Shown here: positions 1 to 9,132 of the stretch, in pieces | Position numbering within the stretch: position 1 is the stretch's first letter | Layout: each line of letters opens with the position of its first letter | DNA from: Candidatus Acidiferrum sp. | GTDB taxonomy: Bacteria; Acidobacteriota; Terriglobia; Acidiferrales; UBA7541 | Assembly: GCA_041495565.1 (NCBI GenBank) | Contig: JBGQCW010000001.1 | Coordinates: 1 to 39,013, forward strand | Length of the DNA: 39,013 nt | Direction: 5' to 3' | Made by a program: the position numbers and the translations under genes | Notes under the pieces: model-generated | The model's input: the letters and a program-made list of their open reading frames with translations, nothing else | What the model was told of the DNA's origin: nothing | Database searches by the model: none

Positions 1-194
1 CCATTCTTAAAGCTCTCTAATGAGCTTCTTCCGAACTTGTGATGCGAGTCCCGTTTCAGACCGCAACCGCATTCTGTTTGCGAGGGCGCGCTTTCTAAGT
101 CTCTGCATTTCAGTGATTTCCGTCCGTTGAAATCATCGCCACCTCAATTCTCATCCCGGCGTTTCGGCGCTCAAATTGCATCTCTTCTTTCGGG

Positions 195-725
195 ATGAGT
201 ACTGAAGCCAGCACGACACCTTCCGTCTCTGCCGCCGCACCGGCAGAGGCGAATTCGGTCGCGGTCACCAAGCGGAGATCTTCATCGAGGGTGTTGCTTT
301 TCATCGCCTTCCTTGCTGCGATCAGTGGCGGAGGCGGGGCCTGGTTTGTCATCCAGCGCGGCCACACCACGGAAGCCGCTCGAAGGGCAGAATCATCCTC
401 CGCTCCGAAATACCTAATTCATCTGGAGGGTTTTACGGTCAATCTCGCCGATCCCGAAGAGACCCACTTCCTGCGTGTCACCATGGATTTGGGGGTCGAC
501 CACCTTCCGGAAGGTGCGGATCGCGAGAAGATGACAACTCTCCTCCCGGTTGCTCGGATTCGCGACGCGATTCTCTCTGTTCTCACCATTTGCAAAGCGG
601 ACTCCCTCCTGACGTCCGAAGGGAAGACTCAGCTCAAGAAGAATCTTGTGAACGTGCTCAACCAAAATGTTCCCGAGCTCGGCGTGCGCGAAGTGTACTT
701 CACGGAATTCCTGGTGCAGCGATAG
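195..725 (+). CDS. fliL: Flagellar basal body-associated protein FliL
   Basis: Single N-terminal TM (VLLFIAFLAAISGGGGAWFVI), FTVNLAD motif, IRDAILSVL, C-terminal VREVYFTEFLVQ. Confidence 0.93.
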   Translation: MSTEASTTPSVSAAAPAEANSVAVTKRRSSSRVLLFIAFLAAISGGGGAWFVIQRGHTTEAARRAESSSAPKYLIHLEGFTVNLADPEETHFLRVTMDLGVDHLPEGADREKMTTLLPVARIRDAILSVLTICKADSLLTSEGKTQLKKNLVNVLNQNVPELGVREVYFTEFLVQR

Positions 726-728
726 GTC

Positions 729-1007
729 ATGGCCACTCTGCCTGCCCTCCCGAGAGAAGTCCCGGTCGCCATCCCGGAAGATCTCTGGGAAGAAGCCGGC
801 TGGTTACCTTGTCTTCTGAGCGTGGACTTGCCGCTGCGCAAATTCACTGTGCGGGACCTCCTGCAGCTTGAGCCAGGCGCGGTCCTCGAATCGCGCAACG
901 CCAATGGCTCCGACGTTCCCGTCATCGTCAATACCCAGCTGATCGGTTGGGCGGAATTTGAGGTCGTTGGCCAACGCCTCGCTGTTCGGATCACGGAGTT
1001 GGCATGA
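729..1007 (+). CDS. Small FliN/FliM C-terminal (SPOA) domain protein
   Basis: TVRDLLQLEPGAVL...IVNTQLIGWAEFEVVGQRLAVRITE is a SPOA pattern; sits at the fliN position between fliL and fliO. Confidence 0.8.
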   Translation: MATLPALPREVPVAIPEDLWEEAGWLPCLLSVDLPLRKFTVRDLLQLEPGAVLESRNANGSDVPVIVNTQLIGWAEFEVVGQRLAVRITELA

Positions 1008-1354
1008 GCGCATCGGAAACAGGTGTGACCATGCGTGAGGTCAAAATCCAGGCAGCAGCCGATGGCCCGCGCACTTTCGAATCCTCATCCCGGCTTGCTC
1101 GCTTCCTTATGCTCGTTCTCACGTTGCTCCGCAGCATCAAGTTCCAACGCCGTGAACGCTCCATGCGCCTCTGCGAGACGCTTCCGCTCGGTGAGAAGCG
1201 CTTTCTTGCCATTGTGCAAATCGAGCATCAACGCTTCTTGATCGCCGCAACAAATCAATCCATTTCGCTTCTCCATTGCCTGGAAGGCTCAAGTCAGCCG
1301 CATCATCGCTATCCGGCAGCTTCCAGCGATAGTAGTCAGGACGGGACCCGGTAA
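1004..1354 (+). CDS. fliO: Flagellar biosynthesis protein FliO
   Basis: RLCETLPLGEKRFLAIVQIEHQRFLIAATNQSISLL matches the FliO cytoplasmic domain; directly upstream of fliP. Confidence 0.8.
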   Translation: MSASETGVTMREVKIQAAADGPRTFESSSRLARFLMLVLTLLRSIKFQRRERSMRLCETLPLGEKRFLAIVQIEHQRFLIAATNQSISLLHCLEGSSQPHHRYPAASSDSSQDGTR

Positions 1355-2121
1355 TGCAACTCACAAAGTTCATCGCCGCGCGAATTGCTCTTCCGTCCCT
1401 CACGGTCCCTGTCTGCCTGCTAGTTCTGCCGGCTCATGCAGCCGCGGCGCAAAAGAGTCCAGTCCTCCAAATCCCCGGACTCACCGTGCGCGGCGATTCC
1501 ACTTCCATCACCATCATCTTTCTGCTCACTCTCCTTACCTTTCTACCGGCAATTCTCCTCTCGATGACGCCCTTCGTCCGCATACTCATCATCTTCCATT
1601 TCCTGCGGCAGGCTCTCGGCACCCAGACGACTCCTACCAACCAGACGCTCATCGGTCTCTCGCTCTTTCTCACCTACTTCATCATGCAGCCCGTGGGTGC
1701 CATCGTATATGAACAAGCCATCGCTCCATTCGAACACGGCCGCATCAATACTTTGCAAGCTCTCGAACGCGGCTCCGTGCCTCTCCGCAAGTTCATGTTG
1801 GGATACACCCGTGAAAAAGATCTTGCTCTCTTTGTCGAAATGAGCAAAGAGCCTCGCCCGCAGAAACCCGAAGACCTTTCCATGCGCGTTGTCGTTCCGG
1901 CCTACATCATTTCCGAACTTAAGACCGGATTCCAGATCGGCGCGGTTCTTTTCCTCCCCTTTCTCGTGATTGACCTGGTCACCGCTTCGGTCACCACTTC
2001 CGTCGGCATGCTGCAACTTCCGCCGGTGGTGATTTCCACGCCCTTGAAAATTCTTCTTTTCGTCGTTGCCGATGGCTGGAATCTCGTTGTCGCCTCGACG
2101 CTCAAGAGTTTTCATCTTTGA
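1354..2121 (+). CDS. fliP: Flagellar export pore protein FliP
   Basis: MTPFVRILII..LRQALGTQTTP.NQ, PAYIISELKTGFQIG..LFLPFLVIDL, PLKILLFV.ADGW. Confidence 0.97.
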   Translation: MQLTKFIAARIALPSLTVPVCLLVLPAHAAAAQKSPVLQIPGLTVRGDSTSITIIFLLTLLTFLPAILLSMTPFVRILIIFHFLRQALGTQTTPTNQTLIGLSLFLTYFIMQPVGAIVYEQAIAPFEHGRINTLQALERGSVPLRKFMLGYTREKDLALFVEMSKEPRPQKPEDLSMRVVVPAYIISELKTGFQIGAVLFLPFLVIDLVTASVTTSVGMLQLPPVVISTPLKILLFVVADGWNLVVASTLKSFHL

Positions 2122-2129
2122 GGTGCACT

Positions 2130-2399
2130 GTGAACGCGGAACAAGTTGTGGAACTCGCCCGCCGTACCATCGAAGCCGCCTTCTGGGTCTCAGCCCCGGT
2201 GTTGCTCGCGGCGATGGTTGTGGGCCTCGTCATCAATATCGGCCAGGTGATGACCTCCATTCAAGACATGACCGTTTCCACTGTTCCGCGTCTTTTCGCG
2301 GTCGGCGTCATTCTCTTCTTCCTGACGCCCTGGATACTGCATCACCTGGTCACTTTCACGATTACACTTTTTGCTGATTTCCGGGCCTATACGCACTGA
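2130..2399 (+). CDS. fliQ: Flagellar export protein FliQ
   Basis: P.LLAAMVVGLVI.I.Q..TSIQD.T...VPR; GTG at 2130 preceded by GAGGT. Confidence 0.93.
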   Translation: MNAEQVVELARRTIEAAFWVSAPVLLAAMVVGLVINIGQVMTSIQDMTVSTVPRLFAVGVILFFLTPWILHHLVTFTITLFADFRAYTH

Positions 2400-2413
2400 A
2401 GGAGCCTGCGCTC

Positions 2414-3181
2414 GTGCTGTCCATTCTCGAACACATGCTCTACCGGGCTTTGCCCATCGGCTTGCGCGTCGGAGCTTTTGTCTCCTTCGCACCGTTCCTT
2501 GGCAGCCTCTCGATTCCCGCGCGTGTCAAGGCCGCCTTCACGCTGGTTCTTACCGCTCTCCTTTATCCAGTCTGCGCCGTTCCTCAGTTCGCGCTGACGC
2601 CCTTTGGCTGGACGCGACTTGTTCTCGGCGAATTGACGCTGGGCCTCGCTCTTGGCCTCTGCCTGCAATTCGTGATCGAAGGCGCACAGCTCGCCGGGCA
2701 ACTTGCCGGATTCCAATTCGCATTTTCTTTGGTGAACATCATCGATCCGCAGACCAACGTTGATACCCCGGTGCTCTCCATCTTCCACCAACTCTTTGCT
2801 CTTCTCTTTTTCCTCCACTTCAACGTTCATCACTGGCTTCTCCGCGGGCTCGTGAAGAGCTTCGTGTACGTCCCTGTCGGCAGCATCGTGATCTCCACTG
2901 CCGCGATGAAGGAACTCTTCCATGCCGCGGCGGGCATGTGGCTCATCGGCTTGCAGATCGCCACTCCCATCTTGTTGGCCACCGTTCTTCTCGACGTCAC
3001 CGTCGGTTTTCTCACTAAGGCTTCGCCGCAGATGCCCGCCTTGTTCCTCAGCATTCCGCTGAAAAGCATGATTGGCTATGCCGTCCTGGCCATTGCCCTT
3101 GGCCTTTGGCCGGGCATCTTCGAGAAGCAATTCACTCTCGCTTTGGGTTGGAGCGAACGCCTGCTCCACCTCGCGCACTAA
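2414..3181 (+). CDS. fliR: Flagellar export protein FliR
   Basis: Polytopic; R......APF, P.RVK, E...GL.LG, AGQL.GFQ, G.L.KASPQM. Confidence 0.95.
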   Translation: MLSILEHMLYRALPIGLRVGAFVSFAPFLGSLSIPARVKAAFTLVLTALLYPVCAVPQFALTPFGWTRLVLGELTLGLALGLCLQFVIEGAQLAGQLAGFQFAFSLVNIIDPQTNVDTPVLSIFHQLFALLFFLHFNVHHWLLRGLVKSFVYVPVGSIVISTAAMKELFHAAAGMWLIGLQIATPILLATVLLDVTVGFLTKASPQMPALFLSIPLKSMIGYAVLAIALGLWPGIFEKQFTLALGWSERLLHLAH

Positions 3182-3194
3182 ACGGACTCCTTCG

Positions 3195-4283
3195 ATGGCC
3201 GACAATCGCACAGAAAACGCAACACCCCGCCGCCGGCAGAAGGCCCAGGAAAAGGGCCAGATTCTCCGCAGTCGTGATCTTGTTTCCACTATGACCCTGC
3301 TCTCCGTTGTTTTCCTGCTCGCCTGGAACCCCGAAGTCTGGGTTGGACGCTGGCAGGGCTATTTTGCACGGGTCTTGAATGCCAGTGTAGTTGGTGACTG
3401 GACTCAGTACGCTCCCGTGTTTGGCTGGACCACTCTTACCGTCGCTCAGTGGGTCGCGCCCATCTTTGCCGTTGCGTTTTGCGTTGCTGTTGCCGGAACC
3501 CTTGCGCAAGGCGGTTTGATCATTGCCCCCCAGGCACTCACTCCGAATTTACAGCGTCTCAACCCTGCTAGTAACGTCAAGCAGCTTTTTTCTCTGGCTG
3601 GTTTCAGCCGCGTTCTGCGCTCGCTCTTGCCTTCCGGTGCAATTCTTTACATGGCTCTTCGCCTCATCCTCAACAGCGCTCCGTTGATTCTCCACTCCGC
3701 TCGCCTTCACTCCCGTGCCGCGCTCGCGCTGATGGGCAGGTTATGCTTCGATCTTGCCTGGCAGTCCGGGCTTGTCCTCTTCGCTTGGTCAGGCGTTGAC
3801 TACCTGCTCCAGCGGCAAACCTATGAGAAGTCTCTCCGCATGACTAAGCAGGAAGTGAAGATGGAAGCCAAAGACTCCGAAGGCAGCCCGCAGATCAAAG
3901 GACGTATCCGGCGTCTCCGCCGCGAAATCCTTCGCCGCTCGCTCAATAAAGACGTCCAGCGCGCCACTGCGGTTATCACTAACCCCACGCACTACGCGGT
4001 GGCGCTCGAATATCGTCCCGCCACAATGGCTGCTCCCGTCGTGGTGACTAAGGGCCGCAACCTGATCGCTCTAAAAATCAAGGAGCTTGCCCGCTGGCAC
4101 GAGATTCCGATCGTCGAAAATCCGCTTCTCGCGCAAGCGCTCTACAAAGCCGCGGACGTCGGCCAGATGATTCCTCCGAAACTCTATGCCGCGGTCGCCG
4201 AAATTCTTGCTTTTCTTTACCGCGCGCAGACGCGCATGCAATCGCCGTCCGGCCCGGCGCCATCGAACGCAGGAGCGCGGTAG
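3195..4283 (+). CDS. flhB: Flagellar export substrate-specificity switch FlhB
   Basis: N-terminus MADNRTENATPRR..KA.EKGQ (start reassigned to 3195); MTKQEVK.E.K..EGSP; NPTH autocleavage motif. Confidence 0.97.
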   Translation: MADNRTENATPRRRQKAQEKGQILRSRDLVSTMTLLSVVFLLAWNPEVWVGRWQGYFARVLNASVVGDWTQYAPVFGWTTLTVAQWVAPIFAVAFCVAVAGTLAQGGLIIAPQALTPNLQRLNPASNVKQLFSLAGFSRVLRSLLPSGAILYMALRLILNSAPLILHSARLHSRAALALMGRLCFDLAWQSGLVLFAWSGVDYLLQRQTYEKSLRMTKQEVKMEAKDSEGSPQIKGRIRRLRREILRRSLNKDVQRATAVITNPTHYAVALEYRPATMAAPVVVTKGRNLIALKIKELARWHEIPIVENPLLAQALYKAADVGQMIPPKLYAAVAEILAFLYRAQTRMQSPSGPAPSNAGAR

Positions 4284-4292
4284 GAGATCATC

Positions 4293-6359
4293 GTGGCCAC
4301 AGAAACCATCATCGCCCAAAAAAGTTCCTCCGCCGAATGGCTCATGCCCGTGGCCACTGTGGCAACCGTGTTTGTCATGCTGGTCCCGGTCCCCGCCTTC
4401 GTTCTCGACCTCTTCCTCGCGATGAGCGTCACTCTCGGTGTCCTCGTCCTGCTTTCCGCTCTCTACATACTGAAACCCGTTCAATTCTCCATCTTTCCAA
4501 CTCTGCTCCTCTTTCTTACGCTCTTCCGGATCTCGCTCAACATCGCGAGCACCCGCCGCATCCTTCTCCACGGCAACGAAGGCTCCGGCGCGGCTGGCAA
4601 TGTCATCCAGGCTTTCGGTCAATTCGTGGTCGGCGGCAATTACGTCGTCGGCTTCGTGATCTTTCTCGCGCTGATCGCCATCCAGTATCTCGTCATCAAC
4701 CACGGCGCCGTTCGCACCGCTGAAGTAGCTGCGCGTTTCACCCTCGATGCTTTGCCTGGAAAGCAGATGGCCATCGACGCGGATATGAACGCGGGCGTCA
4801 TTGACGAGCAGCAGGCGCGTTCCCGTCGTGAACAAATTGGCAAGGAAGCCGAATTCTATGGCGCGATGGACGGTGCAGCGCGCTTCAGCCAGCGCGATGC
4901 GCTCGCCACCATACTCATCACCGCCATCAACATCGTTGCCGGCTTCCTTATCGGTGTCTTTCAACTCAACATTCCGCTTGCGGAGGCCGCCAAAACGTAC
5001 ACCATTCTCACCGTCGGCGACGGCCTCGTCACCATGATCCCCTCGCTCCTCGTTTCCGTCGCTGGCGGAATGGTCGTCACGCGTACTACTACCGAAGCCA
5101 CGGTCGGCGTCGAATTCGGCCGCCAGCTTTTTGGCCGACGCATGCCGCTGCGCATTGCCGCCGGTGTCATGTTCCTGCTCGGCCTGATCCCTGGCCTGCC
5201 GAAGTTCTCCTTCTTCCTCATTGCTGCCATCACCGCTTATCTTGCTTCTCGCGCGCCGCAACACGGAGCCGCGGAAGTTAAGCCTGCGGAGATCGTCGGC
5301 GACAAGAAGAAGTCTGATCCGCAACAGCAGATCGAAAGCCTGCTCAAGCTTGACGAAATCAGTCTCGAAGTCGGTTACGCCCTCGTGCCGCTTGTTGATC
5401 AGGCTCAGGGAGGTCAGCTCTTGCAGCGCATCCGCGCTCTGCGCCGCCATCTTGCCTTGCAGCTCGGTTTTCTTGTGCCTTCCGTCCACATTACGGACAA
5501 CCTGAAGCTCAAGCCCCGCGAATACGTTGTCCTGCTTCGTGGCGTGGAAGTCGCCCGCTGGGAAATGCAACAGGAGCGGCTCCTCGCCATCAGCTCGGAA
5601 CCATCCGCTCCTCCGATCGAGGGTATCTCCACCAACGAACCCGCTTTTGGCGCTTCGGCCATGTGGATCGTCCCGGGGCTTCAAGAGCAAGCGCTTTCCA
5701 CCGGTTATGCTGTCGTCGACCAGACCTCTGTCCTGGCAACGCATCTCGCGGAAATCATCCGCCAGTATGCCCATGAACTTCTCACGCGCCAGGAATCCAA
5801 ACGGCTTCTTGATGCGCTCGCCGAGACGCAACCGAAGCTTGTCGATGAGCTCTTGCCGCGACTTCTCACTCTCGGTGAAGTCCAACGGGTTCTCCAGCAA
5901 CTACTTCGCGAGCAGGTTTCCATCAGGGATCTTACGTCCATCCTCGAAGCTCTTCTCGAAACGGCGCCAGTCAACAAGAACCAGATCGCGCTCGTCGAAG
6001 CAGCTCGACAGGTCCTGGGGCGCTCACTCGTTCAACCGCTCCTCAGCGACGATCGCAAACTGAAAGTCCTGACGCTCGATCCCGTCATAGAGCAGGAGTT
6101 CCAGCGCCAGATTGATCCACAATCATCGGGTGATCGTCCCGCTGGTGGCGCCGCCGCGCCTCTCCGCCACGTCCTGGATAGCCTCCAGCGTATTGTGGGA
6201 GATCGCGTCGCTCTCAGTTCTACCGTTCTGATTTGCAACAGTCCGGTGCGGTTCCACTTGCGGCGCCTGCTCGAGCCATTCATTCCGCGCATCGTCGTTC
6301 TTTCTCCCGCGGAGATTCCGGCCACCGTGTCGGTGCAGTCCCTTGGAGTGGTTCGATGA
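4293..6359 (+). CDS. flhA: Flagellar export gate protein FlhA
   Basis: FPTLLL..TLFR.SLN.ASTR.IL, AEVAARFTLDALPGKQMAIDAD, FYGAMDGA; AGGAG upstream of GTG. Confidence 0.98.
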   Translation: MATETIIAQKSSSAEWLMPVATVATVFVMLVPVPAFVLDLFLAMSVTLGVLVLLSALYILKPVQFSIFPTLLLFLTLFRISLNIASTRRILLHGNEGSGAAGNVIQAFGQFVVGGNYVVGFVIFLALIAIQYLVINHGAVRTAEVAARFTLDALPGKQMAIDADMNAGVIDEQQARSRREQIGKEAEFYGAMDGAARFSQRDALATILITAINIVAGFLIGVFQLNIPLAEAAKTYTILTVGDGLVTMIPSLLVSVAGGMVVTRTTTEATVGVEFGRQLFGRRMPLRIAAGVMFLLGLIPGLPKFSFFLIAAITAYLASRAPQHGAAEVKPAEIVGDKKKSDPQQQIESLLKLDEISLEVGYALVPLVDQAQGGQLLQRIRALRRHLALQLGFLVPSVHITDNLKLKPREYVVLLRGVEVARWEMQQERLLAISSEPSAPPIEGISTNEPAFGASAMWIVPGLQEQALSTGYAVVDQTSVLATHLAEIIRQYAHELLTRQESKRLLDALAETQPKLVDELLPRLLTLGEVQRVLQQLLREQVSIRDLTSILEALLETAPVNKNQIALVEAARQVLGRSLVQPLLSDDRKLKVLTLDPVIEQEFQRQIDPQSSGDRPAGGAAAPLRHVLDSLQRIVGDRVALSSTVLICNSPVRFHLRRLLEPFIPRIVVLSPAEIPATVSVQSLGVVR

Positions 6360-6444
6360 GTGAGATTCCATTCACGCGGAACAACGGGCAGGGAATTGGG
6401 CGATGCTGACGACAAGTTCCAAACCGGGACAGCGCTGTGCGGTA

Positions 6445-7209
6445 ATGGATTCCGAGGAACGCCAGCGCCTGCTCATCGAAAATCTTCCGGAGGTCCGCTA
6501 CATTGCGCGCCGCATTCATGATCGTCTGCCTTCGCATGTTCCTTTTGATGACCTGGTTCACGCCGGAATTCTCGGCCTCATCGATGCCGTGGACAAATTC
6601 GATGCGCAGAAAAATGTTCAGCTCAAGTTCTACGCGCGTTTTCGCATCCGTGGCGCCATCCTAGACAGCCTGCGTCAGATGGACTGGAGCCCGCGTCACC
6701 TCCGTCGCCAGGCCCGCCAGATCGAACAGGTCAACCGCGAACTCGCCTCGGAACTCGGTCGCGCTCCCTCGGAGCCGGAAATCGCTTCTCGTTTCGGCAT
6801 CGAACTCGGCGCATTCCAGCGGCTTCTCGGCGAACTCCGCGGCCTGGACCTCGGCAGCCTTCAGGGTCAGTCCGACGACGGCCTCATCGAGGAAAATGTC
6901 GCCGTCGCCGCGAGCCGCCCCGACGAAGATCCTTTCCATCTCACGCTTCGCGCTGAAATGCGCGCCATCCTCGCCCCGGCTATCGAAGAACTCGACGAAA
7001 AGGAACGTCAGGTGCTCGGCCTCTACTATCTCGAGGAGCTCACTATGAAAGAAGTGGGTGTAATCCTTGACATCGGCGAATCGCGCGTTTCTCAGATTCA
7101 CACCGCCGCACTAATCCGCTTGCGGTCGCGCCTGCAAGGCTGCATCGGTACAAGTTCTGGCTCACGCGATTCCTATACAAGGACCAATGCCAGCACGGAG
7201 GAGGCCTGA
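6445..7209 (+). CDS. fliA: Flagellar sigma factor sigma28 (FliA/WhiG family)
   Basis: LP.VRYIA.R...RLP.HV..DDL..AG..GL.DA, RIRGAILD.LR..DW, ELTMKEVG..L.I.ESRVSQIH; start could alternatively be 6403. Confidence 0.95.
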   Translation: MDSEERQRLLIENLPEVRYIARRIHDRLPSHVPFDDLVHAGILGLIDAVDKFDAQKNVQLKFYARFRIRGAILDSLRQMDWSPRHLRRQARQIEQVNRELASELGRAPSEPEIASRFGIELGAFQRLLGELRGLDLGSLQGQSDDGLIEENVAVAASRPDEDPFHLTLRAEMRAILAPAIEELDEKERQVLGLYYLEELTMKEVGVILDIGESRVSQIHTAALIRLRSRLQGCIGTSSGSRDSYTRTNASTEEA

Positions 7210-8195
7210 TGGGCAAAATTCTCAACCAGGATGAAATTGACGTGCTCCTCAGCTCCGCCCAGCAAACCCGTAAAGCTCCCGGGCCGGGGAGCAAGCGACA
7301 TATCGTAAAGTGCGATCTCGGCAAGTCGAGCACTCTCCTACCCGACCAAGTGCGCATTGTCACCTCGCTTCATGAATCATTTGCCCGCCGTCTCGGGAAC
7401 TCCCTGGGCGCCTATCTTCGTGTTGCTTTCGAAATCAATCTTGTCTCCGCCGAACAGATCACTTACGTCGAATACTTGGGCCGCCTTCCCGAGCTGACCT
7501 ATGTTGCCTCACTTCACATCATGCCCATTGATGCCCGCGCCGCCATTCAGGTTGATCTCTCGCTGGTATTTCCCATTGTCGACCTCGTTCTCGGAGGTTC
7601 TGGCGCCGATTCCATCGACCCTCGCGAGCCCACCGAAATCGAAGAACAGATCTTTGAGACCGTTGTCGGGTTGATCGCCGGCGACCTGCAGATTACTTGG
7701 GCACCCGTGCTCGAACTCGACATTCAATTCGAACAGCGTCAGCAGCTGGCTCAGGCACAGAACCTGATGCTGGCCACGGAAAAAGTGTTGTGTCTGAGTT
7801 TCGAAATCCGCATGTCCGAGACGCGCGGCACCATCAGTCTTGCTTTCCCCGCTGTGGTCGCCAACGCCCTCCTGCGCAAACTAACCGTGCAATGGTCTTT
7901 TTCCGGCCGCATCCCTTCAGGCGAATCGCGCCGCAGAATCCGCGAACGTCTCCTTGACAGCCGCTTCGACGTGCAGCTCAATTTGCCGGCCAGCACTCTA
8001 CACGTTCGCGATCTGCTCTCTCTCGAACCCGGACGTGTCTTGACTTTGCCGAAGCGAGCGCAGGATCCTGTCCATTTGAATGTCGCCGGCAAGCCCTTGT
8101 TCCTCGCTTATCCGGTGCGGCACGGCACGCAAAAGGGCGCGCGCATTGAACGCCGCTCCTCTTGGGCTGTTCCTCGTGAAAAGGAATTCAAATGA
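7209..8195 (+). CDS. fliM: Flagellar motor switch protein FliM
   Basis: N-terminal ILNQDEIDVLL (CheY-binding peptide type), HE.FAR, D..LGG.G, R..T.IE, C-terminal SPOA. Confidence 0.93.
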   Translation: MGKILNQDEIDVLLSSAQQTRKAPGPGSKRHIVKCDLGKSSTLLPDQVRIVTSLHESFARRLGNSLGAYLRVAFEINLVSAEQITYVEYLGRLPELTYVASLHIMPIDARAAIQVDLSLVFPIVDLVLGGSGADSIDPREPTEIEEQIFETVVGLIAGDLQITWAPVLELDIQFEQRQQLAQAQNLMLATEKVLCLSFEIRMSETRGTISLAFPAVVANALLRKLTVQWSFSGRIPSGESRRRIRERLLDSRFDVQLNLPASTLHVRDLLSLEPGRVLTLPKRAQDPVHLNVAGKPLFLAYPVRHGTQKGARIERRSSWAVPREKEFK

Positions 8196-9109
8196 CCGTC
8201 ACCCACGCGTCACCTGCGGTTCAAAAGTTTTGCGAAATCTGGAAGGACAGCTTCGCCGCCGTTCTCGGAAAGTTGGGTGTCGTTTCTCCGTCTGCGACGG
8301 TAATCGGACAACCTGCCGCGGCGGTGACCTCTTCGCTGGACCCCGAGAAGAGTGTGATGGTTCGTTTTTCTGGCGGCGGCGTTCTTCAAGGCGATTTGTT
8401 CTGGGTTGCGGAAAAGCCCGTTGCACTTCAGTGTGCGCAGTTGTTGACGTCCAAACCGCTCGATGCCGCGCTTGAATTTACGGATTCCCACCGCGATGCG
8501 TTTGCCGAACTTTTGCGTCAAGTCGCTGGAGCCGTGGCCACTGCGTGGAAATTGGAAACCGGCAAAGAAATCGAAATCAAATTTCTGTCCGGTGATTTCA
8601 CGGCTCTGCACTCGCCGTTCAACGCCGCTCTGCGGCTTAGCGGCGAAAAAGTTCCCGATCTTTCTCTCTCCCTGCTCTTGAGTCCTGAGCTCTGTCAAAC
8701 GCTATCCGCTGCGCCGGCGGAACTGATGCAGGCAACTGAGCCGGCGCAACAGACTCAGCCGGAAAACGAGACTCAGCCGGCACAGCAAACACCTCTCCCC
8801 CAGGAACTACCAGCCTCTGCAGTAACCCAGCCTCCCGCTGCTGGTTCTTTGCCTTCGAACCTCGACCTTCTTCTCGATGTCGAACTCGAGGCCACCATCC
8901 GGTTCGGCCGCCACGAAATGCTCCTTCGCGAGATTTTCGGACTCATGCCCGGCGCGGTCGTTGAGCTCGATCAAATGGTCAACGAGCCCGTTGAGCTCCT
9001 CGTCGCCGGACGGTTGATCGCGCGCGGCGAAGTCGTCGTCGTCGACGGAAATTTTGGCCTCCAGGTCACGGAAGTCGCCAGCGTCCGCCAGCGCGCCGAA
9101 ATTCTTTAG
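8192..9109 (+). CDS. fliN: FliY-like switch protein (CheC/CheX-like N-domain + FliN domain)
   Basis: C-terminal NLDLLLDVELEATIRFG...G.VVELD....PVELLV.G.LIARGEVVVVDGNFG; N-terminal CheX-like segment DAFAELLRQVAG. Confidence 0.85.
   Translation: MTVTHASPAVQKFCEIWKDSFAAVLGKLGVVSPSATVIGQPAAAVTSSLDPEKSVMVRFSGGGVLQGDLFWVAEKPVALQCAQLLTSKPLDAALEFTDSHRDAFAELLRQVAGAVATAWKLETGKEIEIKFLSGDFTALHSPFNAALRLSGEKVPDLSLSLLLSPELCQTLSAAPAELMQATEPAQQTQPENETQPAQQTPLPQELPASAVTQPPAAGSLPSNLDLLLDVELEATIRFGRHEMLLREIFGLMPGAVVELDQMVNEPVELLVAGRLIARGEVVVVDGNFGLQVTEVASVRQRAEIL
8738..8791 (+). repeat. Imperfect 18-nt tandem repeat (x3) in the FliY linker
   Basis: gagccggcgcaacagact/cagccggaaaacgagact/cagccggcacagcaaaca encodes EPAQQT-QPENET-QPAQQT. 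Confidence 0.6.
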
Positions 9110-9132
9110 CTGTAGGGAAAGGATCGAGGATT

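Noticed and set aside
1-194. Sigma28 or sigma54 promoter upstream of fliL; also searched upstream of flgF (11670-11940)
   Set aside because: No TAAA-N15-GCCGAT or TGGCAC-N5-TTGC with correct spacing was found
4071-5900. 609-aa antisense ORF and other long opposite-strand ORFs (2387-3289, 12540-13352, 15100-16122, 20211-21206, 30907-32205)
   Set aside because: They shadow well-supported genes in GC-rich DNA and show no recognisable motifs
1354-6359. Export genes as a non-flagellar (injectisome) T3SS
   Set aside because: Rod, ring, hook-junction, flagellin and stator genes are all present, and there is no secretin
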